A DNA stretch of 64,000 nucleotides from Heteronotia binoei (lineage: Eukaryota). Both the position numbers and the translations under genes were made by a program. This document shows, one piece after another, positions 44,036-61,843 of this stretch. The notes beneath the pieces are model-generated. The model was not told the DNA's origin. It worked only from the letters and a program-made list of their open reading frames with translations, and searched no databases. The stretch is taken from positions 46,438,001 through 46,502,000 of the forward strand of contig NC_083236.1 of assembly GCF_032191835.1 (NCBI RefSeq), written 5' to 3'. Position 1 is the stretch's first letter, and each line of letters begins with the position of its first letter.

Positions 44036-44045
44036 CTTTTAAATA
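44036..44045 (-). promoter_or_regulatory. Candidate TATA box of SDR gene 3
   Basis: TATTTAAAAG on the minus strand about 100 nt upstream of the ATG at 43941. Confidence 0.4.
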
Positions 44046-46572
44046 CACCTGTTTGCAGCTTTGCCTCCTCTGGTTCTTACACCAGCACCTTGCACACTGG
44101 AGAGCTGGGCTAGCCCAACGATTTATGTGAATTTGCTATAAGAGGAAATGTTGTTCCTGGTATGGTGAAACTGAAGAGAGGGAGGGAAGACAGGAGGCCC
44201 TGACATTCATGTTGTATGCATAAAGTTCATTCTCTGGCCATCTGGGTAAGAAGAACTTGGATCTGCTTCAGATTCTGGAGAGTGATTGCCAGGCAAAGGA
44301 GACAGTGCTGGCCAGGGCTACGTGGCATATCGCCCGAGTTGGCATAACGCAGCTCTGAACTCGACAAGACACTGTTTTCTTAATTAGTGAACAAATGAAA
44401 TGAATATTCAGTAAGAAGTCATCAGATCTGAAGAGGACCTGGAAACAATTTTTTTACCTCAGGGAAGTGTAGCTGACAAGCTGCCACTCCATTCTGGGCT
44501 CTCTCCTGCACCAATCAAAAGTGCTAATTCTGAATTTCTCACATTTTCTCCCTTCTTGGCAATTAATGATTATCATGGCTTGTGTATATGTCGATCCATG
44601 TTACCAGCATTTATGTATTTCTATTTTGTATAACGGTGGATTTTTCAGAACACACATGGTTCCTTTTATTTTCTGTCATAAAACACTTCTCTTTAATGAG
44701 ATGACAGCATATGCTCTGTGCTGTGTTGTCAAGATCCATATGCGTCCATTTCATTGGCATCACTCCCTTCCATCTTGGTTAGCCTCTGGAAAAACTGCCT
44801 TTGCCAGATCCACAGTGGTCAGCAAGAATTTACAGAATTTCTAGGGAGAAAACAGAGGTGGGCTGGTCAACGGAATAAGACTAACCACTCAGCATGAGGG
44901 AATCAGCCCTCTGAGACAAATGGGTGGCTCGTCAAGGAAAGACCTCAGGAATGCAGGGCCTTTAGAAAGAGTTCAGTTAGTAGACCTTGCCCATCACACT
45001 TGAGGCAGTATGGCCAGTATTACATATATTTTGACATAATCAAGGCTATAGTCCAAGCAACAGCTGCCTTTATTCCCTTTGAACTAAACTTTTATTTTGC
45101 ACCAGCTTTCATTTAAACAGGCTGACCAGATTCTTCTCAGTTAAAAGCCTCCTTCACATCCCCAGTTCCTCCCCTCCATCTCTGAATGGAAGACTGATAA
45201 GCTGCCACTCCATTCTGGGTTCCCTCCTGCACCAATCAAAAGTACTAATTCTGAATTTCTCACATTTTCTCCCTCCTCCTGGCATGCCTGCTAAAGTCAG
45301 TTTGGCTATTGTGCTCCACCCCCTACAAGAACTAAGACTCTCTCCCAGTGCCAAAGTGCACTGCTATCCTGTCATGCGGACCTCCTAGCCAGGACTTGCC
45401 AGCCAAGAGCTCCATCCTGGTTTCCATGATCTTCCTGACTCGAATGAAGCTCCAATACCAGGCAGCATCTCCCTAGTCAAAATGGAAACAGGGCAACAAG
45501 ACACTAATCCCCACGCAGATGGATAGGGTTTCTCCTCCAAAGTAATGGACCATTGGCTTAGCACCATCCGGCACAGGAAAAGAGCATCTATCCATGCAAG
45601 AGTGTGTGTTTGTAACAAGACTGATAACTCCTCCTGGGCTGGGAGTTAAGGATGGGTTTTCTATAAGCAAACAAGGGAAGAGCAGGGCTTTTGGGCGGCA
45701 GGAACACACAGGAGCGGAACTCCACTTGGGCTGGCCAGGGCTCCGGCTGGCACACTAGGGAAAGTGCAAGGAGGCATCTTTAAATGCATCCCCAATGGTT
45801 TCAGCCTTCCCCAGTGTGCCTGCCTCAGCAGACATGCTGGGGGAGGCAGGAGGGAGCTTCTGCGGGGCTTTTCTCAACAACAACAACAACAAAAAGCCCT
45901 ATAGAAGAGTATAAGGGTCACCCTATGTCTGGTCAACATGGCTCAAAATCTATGAAGAGCTGTAAGCCGTTAAGCTAGGAAACCAGTTTGGCTGGGCTAT
46001 ATCATCTTACTGTGCTATTTTAACTCTGTTTTGTATCCTCCATTGCATCTGAAATCCTTCCTTGCTCTCTTTTGTCTATGCAAGTGGTTTTATGCAACTT
46101 TCCCCTTCCTTTGTTGTCAAAATAAAATTAATCCCCAGATGGCTTGGGTACAAAAGGTCTGGGTTCTCCAGTTGAGCCAGGTTGTGTGTCTAGCAGAATG
46201 AGGGGTGGGTATGTACAGGGCTTTCTTTGTAGTAAAAGCCCAGCAGGAACTCATTTTCATATTAGGCCACACCCCTGACATCACCATTGTTTTACATAGG
46301 GTTTTTTATAGAAAAAGCTCAGTAGGACCTCATTTGCATATTAAGCCACATCCCCTGGCACCCTGCGTTCCTTTGTGTTCCTGTTAAAAAGAAAAGCCCT
46401 GGGTATGTATAATAGAGGCAAGAGATCTTTGAGACAGGCAAAGCTAACCACCACTGAGAATGTGGGTCTATTGTGTCAAGGTAAGCAATAGCCAAACAAC
46501 TCCAAGGAAGCTGGGGGAACACGTCTGTCTGGTTTTCCTTTGCCTGTCCCCCTGAACCACCATGACATTTCC

Positions 46573-47074
46573 CAGGGCCAGCCCTCGGGCACGTGGCGCC
46601 CCAGGCAGACTTACTGCCCATGCACCCCTGGGCCGTCCCCCTCCTCTCTTCTCTGAGGCACCACAATGTGGCGACGCGCTCCGCTCCACTCTGCCTGTCT
46701 CCTTCGGCGCACTCAGAGGAGCTACGCCAGTCTCCTGCTTACCCGCTTTGGCGGGCATAAGTAAAACGCTCTCTCTTAATAGAGACCAGAACGAGGCTTT
46801 GCTCCCCTCTCCCTTCCTGTTCCAGAAGGGAGGAGTGAGCGAAGCCTCTTCTTGCTCTCTATTAAGAGAAGGGTCTATTGTGATGCCCGCCAAAGTTGGT
46901 AAGGATGAGACTAGCGTTGGTCCTCTGAGCACACCGGAGGGGGGGAGGTGGCCTGCCTGCCACTGCCAAGTTAGGCATTTGTCTTGGATGCCGGGGCGGG
47001 GGGGAGGGCTAAATTTGGTGCACCCTCCCTCCCGGTACCCTAGGCTAATTTGCCTAGTGGGCGAGCCAGCCCTG
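46573..47074. mobile_element. hAT MITE (CAGGGC-type TIR) with a central ~220-bp hairpin
   Basis: TIRs CAGGGCCAGC / GCCAGCCCTG, perfect 8-bp TSD ACATTTCC (46565-46572, 47075-47082), imperfect palindrome 46712-46929. Confidence 0.85.
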
Positions 47075-49169
47075 ACATTTCCACTAAGGTCCTAACTACA
47101 CGATCCACAGGTTTTCTGTTTACTCATGATCCTCCTTGGGCATCAAGATAGCTAGAGAGAAGAGAGGCATCCTATTATATTTGCATTAAGAGGCTGATAC
47201 GAACAGGGAGATCACCCTATTATTTCCTCCCAGCTGATAAGGAACTTGCCAAGCCAGAGCCAAAAGAGGAAAACATTAAGTAGGCAGGTTTTTAGCAGCA
47301 GATGTAGAGATACATAGAGATCACATACAGATATTTTTAAAAATATAAAACGTTTTGATGGAAGATAATGTTTTGAGTCCAAAAAATAAGCCCTCTGGCA
47401 GGCAAACAGGATCAGGATGATAAAACACCATAGCAAGAAGTCCTTTCAATGACTCTAATTGCCATGTAATCTACTGGTAGTGAAAGCATGATGTCAGGTC
47501 ACTAGCAACTCATAGTGAATCCATGATGTTCCACTTAATGGGGTTTTCAAGACAAGAGGTGAACAAAGGTGATTTGCCATCCATTGCAAAGCTGCTACAG
47601 TCTTCTTTGATGGTCCCCCATCCTACCACTAAGGTAGGGTTACTAACCTCCAGGTGGGGCCTGGAGATCCCCTCGGATTAAAATTGATCTCCATAAAGCA
47701 GAGGCCCGTTTGCCCGGAGAAAATGACTGCCTTGGAGGGCAAACTAAATGGCATTGCAATCTACTGAGGTCCCTCCCCTCCCCAAATCCATCCCCCAAAT
47801 CTCCAGGAATTGTTGACAACCCTATCACCAAAGCTGTTTCGCTTCCAAGCTCTGACAAACTTAGCATAGTGTGGGCTATTCATGCTGCTAACTGGTAATT
47901 AGAGAGCCCCAACTGGTAATTAGAGAGGAGCTAACATGATGACACCACCAACTGGCTAACATTGAACAGCAGAAAAAACATGAGTTGGATACGTTCGACC
48001 ATCCATTATACTTCAAAACACAAAGCCAGATACAGCCCCTGGAATAGTCACAGAGTTGCAAAGGATAAGGTCTGTAGAACATGTGTAATGAGACCTTAAG
48101 GCCTAGCTTCTGTTCAAGGCACAATTTCTATTTTAATTCTCTATAAAAGCTATTTCATGCTATACAGCAGTGTTTTTTGTAAATGACAGAGAATATTCGG
48201 CTGTCTTGTCTACGTTGGTTTCTTTTCCCTCCAGGGAAGACCAAACAACCTTAGCTGTGCCTTGATGTGGGCAGCAGGACTTTTCCTTGGGCATTTTTCC
48301 ATTTGCACTACACTATTAACACTAATTCCAGGGAAGCATTAGAAATGATCAGGAACTATGGAAATCTGCCCATTGTGGCTTTTGGAGGTAAGGAAATATA
48401 TTTTGTTAGTGTTGAAACCACAGCACAGAAAGTTTACCGTGCTCTCGATCAAGGGCATTCGCATTTTAATGGAAGGAGCCTATGGGCTACTGTGCCTCAT
48501 AAACTATTTTCATCCAGCATGTGAGGAGAAAATTTATTAAGTGACCAAATCAGGGACTATCAAGGTAAACACCATGCCTCCGGAGGTAAACATGGGTCCA
48601 TCTGATTTGCAGCCAGTGACACAGATATCCCAGATATATCCCAGATATCCCACAGATATCTGTCTGTAATGGGGAGACTCAGAATCATAGAGCTGGAAGG
48701 GAACTCCAGGGTCATCTAGTCCAACCCCCTGCACAATTACCCTATCACCCTGTATGTACATAAGTGCCATCAAGTCGCAACCAACTTATGGTGACCCCAG
48801 CAAGGGGCTTTCAAGGCAACTGAGAAGCAGAGGTGGTTTTCTATTGCCTTCCTCTATAGAGCCTTTCTTGGTGTCTCTCATCCAAGTAATGACCATGCTA
48901 AGCCTCTGAGATCTGGCTATATTATGCTGCCTTCCCTCTTATATCACCATTTACCAGTCCTTACAAGATGGGGCAGTTCCTGACCCAGCCCAGGCTTAGT
49001 CCCCCAGTTTTTATATCTCAGTAAGATCCTTCAACTAAAAAGTCTGGACAACCCTTCTCCAGAGACCATTGCAAAGCACCAGGAGGTGTTGAATGCAGTT
49101 AAAGGAAGGAGAGATCGAGAGATAAGTTCCCTTGATAAATGTTTCCTGATGGTCCTGTTGGACATAAGA

Positions 49170-49445
49170 TGAGAACAGAAAGAACTGCTTCTGTTTCTTA
49201 CAATAAAAGAACCTGGAGTTTCTCAATGGAGATGATGGACAATAGGTTCAAGACAGCAAAAAGAAAATTACCCCATGTTTGATTAACTAATGTGATTCAT
49301 TGCCACAAAAGTGGCATGAAGACCACAATCTTACATGGCTTTAAAGAAGGCCCTGATGTCAATGGTGATGTTAATTAATGGCTCTTAGGTATGGTAGCCA
49401 ATTGAAATCTCCATGTTCAGAGGTAATATACTTTTTGAACAACAG
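49170..49445 (+). mobile_element. Degenerate CR1-like ORF2 C-terminal fragment
   Basis: Interrupted translation resembling ...MDNRFKTAKRK...GFKEG.D. Confidence 0.5.
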
Positions 49446-51943
49446 TTTAGGAAGACTAGCTTTTTATGCTGAGCTTGTGGGGCTGGGGGGGGGACCTCAG
49501 TGGGGTACAATACCATAGAGATTACCCTCTAAAGTAGCCATTTTCTCCAGGGAACTATGGTTTGGAGATCAGTTGATATTCCAGGAGATCTCCAGGCCCC
49601 AAGCATAGATTGGCAGTCCTATTATTCTGCCTCTTCCCTTTGTAATAAGCCTCTTTGGATTTGCAAGTTTGCTGGAGACTATTCTCTGTGCAAAGGGCAA
49701 GATGGGATAATGAAAGGTTTATGATGACCAAGAGCAGGCACCCCCAGTCTCCTAAGCGCACATATATAAGTGTGCCTTAATTATAATTTTTGCATGGCTT
49801 TGCATATGTGTAAACAGACTTAGAACATCTAAGCTTGGATAAACAAAATAAGCTTTGACTCAACAAATACATAAGCAAATAATTTGTCTCCCAGCTGTTG
49901 CTGAATATTTACTACTTCTTCCGTTACTCCTATTTCTTCTACCAAATATTTAATATCAAGCTTTGTCAGACAGGTTGAAAACCATGACCAAGGATGTGTT
50001 GGCATATAAGGGCCTTGACAATTACTTGCTTTCTCTGCTGATTTCTTGTTTTGCTAATTTTACTTTTAGGCTCAAGATAACGTTTGACACTACATTCCCT
50101 ATCATTCCACTTTTACAGATTTCCTCATTCGATGGTAATCTTAAACATTCTTTTCAGCAAGAAACTCGTTACCTTTTGGAGCTAACCATTTCTGATGTGC
50201 AATGCTGCATTAAACATGCATACAAGAAAAAAGGTAGAGGTAAAGGTAGTCCCCTGAGCAAGCACCAGTCGTTTTCAACTCTGGGGTCATGTTGCATCAC
50301 AACGTTTTCACGGCAGACTTTTTACGGGGTGGTTTGTCATTGCCTTCCCCAGTCATCTACACAAGAACATCATACATTGTACATCATACAAGAACAACTG
50401 ACTAATTAGGATTGTCAGATCTTTAACTAGTTCTCTCTAGCTGTACTTCTAATGTCAGTTTGAGCTGTAGCTATTATCAGTTGATATTATGTCATGGCTC
50501 CAAGTAGGGCTGCTAATCTCCAGGTGGCGGTAGGGGATCCCTCGGTTTGGAGGCCCTCCCTCCACTTCAAGGTCATCAGAAAGCAGAGGGGGGGGCAGAT
50601 AAGGGAAATATCTGCAAGGCACTCCATTATTCCCTATGAAGACCAATTCCCATAGGGTATAATGGAGAATTGATCCACAGGTATTTGGGGCTGGGGGGGC
50701 CTGTTTTTTGAGGTAGAGGCACCAAATTTGCTGCATAGCATCTGGTGCCTCTCCTCAAAACACTCTCCAAGTTTCAAAAGGGTTGGATCAGGGGGTCCAA
50801 AAGCAGCCATTTTTTCCCAGGAGAACTGATCTTGGTTATAGCAGGAGATGCTCAGGAGCCATGTGAGGTTGGCAGCCATCCATGAAAACCTTCAACTGCC
50901 TTTCTGCTGTATTAATGGACTCGCCAACTGGCAACCTAGTAGGCTCAACTGCTGACGGCACTCTTACTGCATAATTTTGTAAAACTGTTACAGTAGGCAA
51001 GTGTGGCTCTATTTACTAAAATTTTATTTAGCCCCACCCTGCAAAAGGCGGGAGGTAACATGCATGGCTCTCACTACTCCATCTTATCCTCAAAACAACC
51101 TAGTGTATGTTAGGCTGAGTGTGTATCACGGGCCCAGCACTTCTGGAAGGATTCTAACTAAACAGAAAGTCCTTCTGGGATTTTCTTTCTAGTGTCTTTT
51201 GGTTTGCAAAATCCTCTAACAATCCCCTCATCGCAGATACAGTTGAAAGGTATTCCCACCCCACTCCCTTCTCCACTGTTTAAATGCAAGAATGCTTATG
51301 GGAGAAGACATGGGAATTATAACCAATGTTCCCTCTAAGCTGAAGAGTCTTGTGAGCAAAAATTCTACTTTGTGAGCTACTAGCAGGCGTCAGATTCAGC
51401 GGGAGCTCATAGGAGTGGAGCTCCTGAACCTTTCTGAGGGTTCCCCCTCTTCCTCCCCACCTACCTTGTCCATTGAATAGTAGCTGCAGCTGTATAACAA
51501 TCCCTGGATTAGGAGAGTGGCCAGCCAGTCAGCCAGCAGTGGCTTTGCCATGCCCCCAGCAGCCCTTATTAACCCCTGGAGAAGCCCACGCCACCCTTTC
51601 TCCACTTATGTGATTTTGGGTGGTTTGTTGGCCTTTTGACTGTGGAGGGGGTGGCCCAGGACAGAGAGGCCTTCTTGGAATGGCTGGATCTCTAGCCAGC
51701 CCAAGCAGACCTCGCTTGCCCAGGGCTCTCCTTTCTTGCATCGGGTTGCTTTTGGCTGGGGTGGTGGTGGCATATGTTAATAAATTATGCTAATGAGTTC
51801 CACCACCTATTTTTCTACAAAACGACCCCTGGCTACTGGCATTAAAGTTGTGACCTACTGCATAAATTATTGTGCTCTGCAGCCATTTTTCCTGAGCGAA
51901 GACAAAAATGTGTGAGCTGGAGGTTAAAAATCTGTGAGCTACA

Positions 51944-52456
51944 TAGGGTTGCCAAGTCCAATTCAAGAAATATCTGAGGACTTTGGGTGCGGAGCCAGGA
52001 GATTTTGGGGGTAGAGCCAGGAGACATTAGGGGTGGAGCCAAGATCAAGGCTGTGACAAGCATAATTGAACTCCAAAGGGAGTTCTGGCCATCACATTTG
52101 AAGGGACGGCACACCTTTTCAATGCCTTCCTTCCATAGGAAATAATGAAGGATAGGGGCACCTTCTTTTGGGGCTCATAGAATTGGACCCCCTGGTCCAA
52201 TCTTTTTGAAACTTGGGGGGTATTTTGGGGAGAGGCACTAGATGCTATACTGAAACTTTGGTGCCTCTACCTCAAAAAACAGCCCCCCCAGAGCCCCAGA
52301 TACCCGCTGATCAATTCTCTATTATTTTCTATGGGAATAAATCTCCCTAGGGAATAATAGTTCCCAGCAGACATTTCCCTCTCCTCCCCCCTGAAGCAGG
52401 GGGAGGGCCTCCAAACCAGGGGATCCCCTGCCCCCAACTGGGGATTGGCAACCCTA
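51944..52456. mobile_element. TAGGGTTGCCA-type hAT MITE nested in a CAATGTTCCCTCTAAGCTG-type element (51322-52493)
   Basis: Both TIRs, TSD gagctaca/gagctagc. The host element also carries a second insertion at 51384-51830 (TSD gctactag/gctactgg). Confidence 0.8.
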
Positions 52457-52689
52457 GAGCTAGCTCACACTAGCTCAGCTTAGAGTGAACACTGATTATA
52501 ACTCATTTGAAACGAAAAGTTGCCATTATTCCACATTAGCTGAAGTCTTGCCCTTATGAACATCACGGCTCACTTACACAATGACTCCTTGTATGACTTC
52601 CAATAATAAAAGCCCAAACGAGGAAGTAAACGATACATTTAAAAATAAAATAAAAAACCAATTCTCCTCAGAGAACAACTTTTCCCACA

Positions 52690-52965
52690 CTGGCGGCCCC
52701 CATCTCGCCCTCAGCCCTTTCAAAGGCCACGTGACAACTTTTTCAAAGCAGTTGCATCAGCCGCTCTAAAGTCCCTGTTTCACGATGACGTTTGCAATTT
52801 GGCGAATCATGGGAGGGGGGACGATGACAAGTAGAGCTTTCGCCCAGTAATAAGCCCAAACTCAGAGCTGGTGATGATGCGATAGGCGGGACAATTCCGT
52901 AGCAGGTTTGGGTGCACGGTGGCAGCATTGCAGCAGCCGGTGGAGGAAAGGCTGCTAGGAGACAG
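52690..52965 (+). promoter_or_regulatory. AARS1: AARS1 CpG-rich promoter and probable non-coding exon 1 (donor CAG|gtaggg after 52965)
   Basis: Local CpG enrichment, E-box CACGTG 52728-52733, C/EBP-ATF element GTTGCATCA (reverse complement TGATGCAAC) 52751-52759, TGACG-TTTGCAAT 52786-52798, a GC box and a donor site, 2.7 kb upstream of the acceptor at 55707. Vertebrate AARS1 has a non-coding first exon. Confidence 0.6.
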
Positions 52966-55727
52966 GTAGGGCTGGGAAGTGGGGTGTGGTTGTGTTGGGG
53001 GGGAGAAGAATGAATGAAAGAATGCAAGAAGTTCTGCTAAAGTAAACTTGGGAATTCTTGCCCAGCCCTTCAAAATAAAAGCGATTCTCAGCTTCTTCTA
53101 TAAGCTCTGCATTAGGGCCATAGTTGCAGAGGATGCTGGGAGTGTGGTTCATGCCAAGGGGGTGTGATATGAGTGTGTGTGTCGCTATTCCTTACAAAGC
53201 ATACTAGTGTGATCCGGGCGACGAATTGCCGGGGGCGGGGGGGGGGGGGAAAGGCTAAAGCCAGCTGGGTACACTGGTAGTTTGAGTTGACTGTGGTAGA
53301 AATGAATGACCCTGCGTGCATGGCTGAATAAATATGACACTTTGCCACGTGGGAGCTTGTCATGGTGTCTGTGGCAGTGCTTGGTAAATTGGGCGTCTGT
53401 ATTTGCCTGCCAAGCTGTGGTGGGGATCTTGCTGCACTCATGAATCCTGGGAAGAAGCAGAGTTGTAACTTCCACCACTATATATAGATTAGATGTGGTG
53501 TGTGTATACGTAATGCATGAAACTACTTGGGAAACAGATCATACATATATGGTGTATTTCTCTAGTGCAGGGGTGGCCAAACTTGCTTAACGTAAGAGCG
53601 ACATCGAATAAACATCAGATGTCTGAGAGCCACAAGACATGAACATTAGATGTTTGAGAGGTGCAAGGCAAGGAAGAAAAATAGGTTGGGGAGGGAGGGT
53701 GGAAAGAAAGCAACTTCAACTTTAAATACTTTCTCCAAGCCAGCCGACAGGGCAGTGCGGGCTTTGAGAGCCACACAATATGTGTGAAAGAGCCACAGTT
53801 TAGCCACCCCTGCTCTGGAGGTTTCATCCAACTGTGATTAACATATAACTTATCATTTTGTCCTTATGACAAGTCTCTTGAGGTAGTTTTAGCTGAGAGA
53901 CAGAGTGACTGCCTCAAGATCACTCAGTGAGCTTCCATGGGAGATTTGAACCTGGGCCTTACGTAGCCTGCACTCTGTTCACTAAATCACACCACTGCTT
54001 TGCTGGATTTTTGATTATCCTTCCAAAGTTACATAGTGTAGTGCCATTTTTGTTCTGGTGCCTTGGATGTGACTAAATGGAGTCAGGGACCTGGGATTTT
54101 TATGTTAATTATAGTTTGCTGGTTACAGATTTATATTTCCCCCTCTTGCCTTTTAAATAGTACTCATAATTTTATTGCACCTCCCATTTAACCCTTTTTG
54201 TAGCAATTTCTTCCTTCCCACTTTCTTCTGCCCTGTGGGGAATCAAGGATAATAGTGCCATAGTAATGGCACAGAATTGTACGAATTAAAATTTTATATT
54301 AGCAGCGGTTGCTAAGTGGCATCTAAGAGGAAATGGTAGTGATTTTGGGAAACTTTTGCTGAGACACGGCCATGCTGGCTACATTGAGACATTTGGAGAG
54401 ATGTGAGTTCTACAGATGTCATGTGCAATATTCTCTCTAAGCTGTGGAGTCTATTGAGCAAAAATTCTACTTTGTGAGCTACTGGCATTAAAGTTGTTAG
54501 CTATTGCATAAATTACTGTGCTCTGGGTCCATTCTTCATGAGCTAAGACAAAAATGTGTGAGCTGGAGGCTAAAAATCTGTGAGCTAGCTCACACTAACT
54601 TAGCTTAGAGGGAACATTGGTCATGTGGGTATCACTTGGAAGATTGCTGCCTTGGTGTTTGGCTTTGGGAGGCTGCTGGCTTGGGCAGCATCTGTTCAGG
54701 AAGTAAGGGTCAGATCTTTCTATCTGCTCATTGTGTCCTTGATAGCAGGTGCACGTATATCAGTGGTGCAGTATTGTGTGTGTCCACAGAAAGTAGAGAG
54801 CTGCCGCTGATACCCACAAGGAGATGGCTTGCTGTCCAGATTCTGCATCTACTGCGAGGGACAGACTTTTTCTGCATGTGCATTCGTTTCCCCCTCCCAT
54901 ACTATTCCTTTTTAATTTTGTAAAAGAAAACTGGATGTATACTATGTTTATACTACATTTATACTACATACTTCCAGCATGAGAACAAGTGTGGTGTAGT
55001 AGTCAGAATGTTTGGAAGACATTGGTTCGAATCCTCACTCTGCCATGGGAGCACACCTGGTGACTTTGCACCATAGTCTTACACTCTCAGCCTAACTTCT
55101 CTTATAGGATTGTTGTGAGGATAAAATGGAGGAGAGGGGAATGTTGTAAGCCATTTTGGGTCTCCTTTCAGGAGAAGAGTGTGGTATAAATGAAGTAAGT
55201 GAAGTTTAAAACAAACCCGCAGATCTCTACAATGTCACTTACAATTTTTTGCATTCTCATAAACAAAAATTATTTGTTACCAGGATTGCTTCTGCTACTA
55301 AAAACCAGCCTCAGATGAATAATATGACAGTGCTTTGGGAAAACTTGTTGGTAATTCTGCAAGTAGTGAAATTCAGAATGGCAGAAATTATGTTGAGAAC
55401 ATCTTCTCATATCGATTTCATTCACAAACAGCACTGCTCAGAGGGTGGTTTGGTTAACTTTGGGGAACCCCGTTCCTTTTATATTGGCACCAGGTACATG
55501 GGGGCGAGACTGTTGTGAGGTAGATTGTCATTAGGCCTCAGTTTTACAGTGTTCTCAGCCTCTTAACATATACACCAACTGCATCATATAACAGTTAATG
55601 CTGCAGCCTGAAATTCCATTTCTGATTACGGCAGCTTGTACTTACACGGAAATTTAGCATTGCCTTCAAATCTTGTGTTTGCTCTTTTCTGTTTTTCCGC
55701 TGACCAGCGCTGAGTGTCGCTCTGAAG

Positions 55728-61843
<6,116 letters not shown>

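Noticed and set aside
24522-50299. Extra GTTGCATCA matches at 24522, 34000 and 50291
   Set aside because: They sit in repeats or non-promoter DNA; a 9-mer match alone is not evidence of function.
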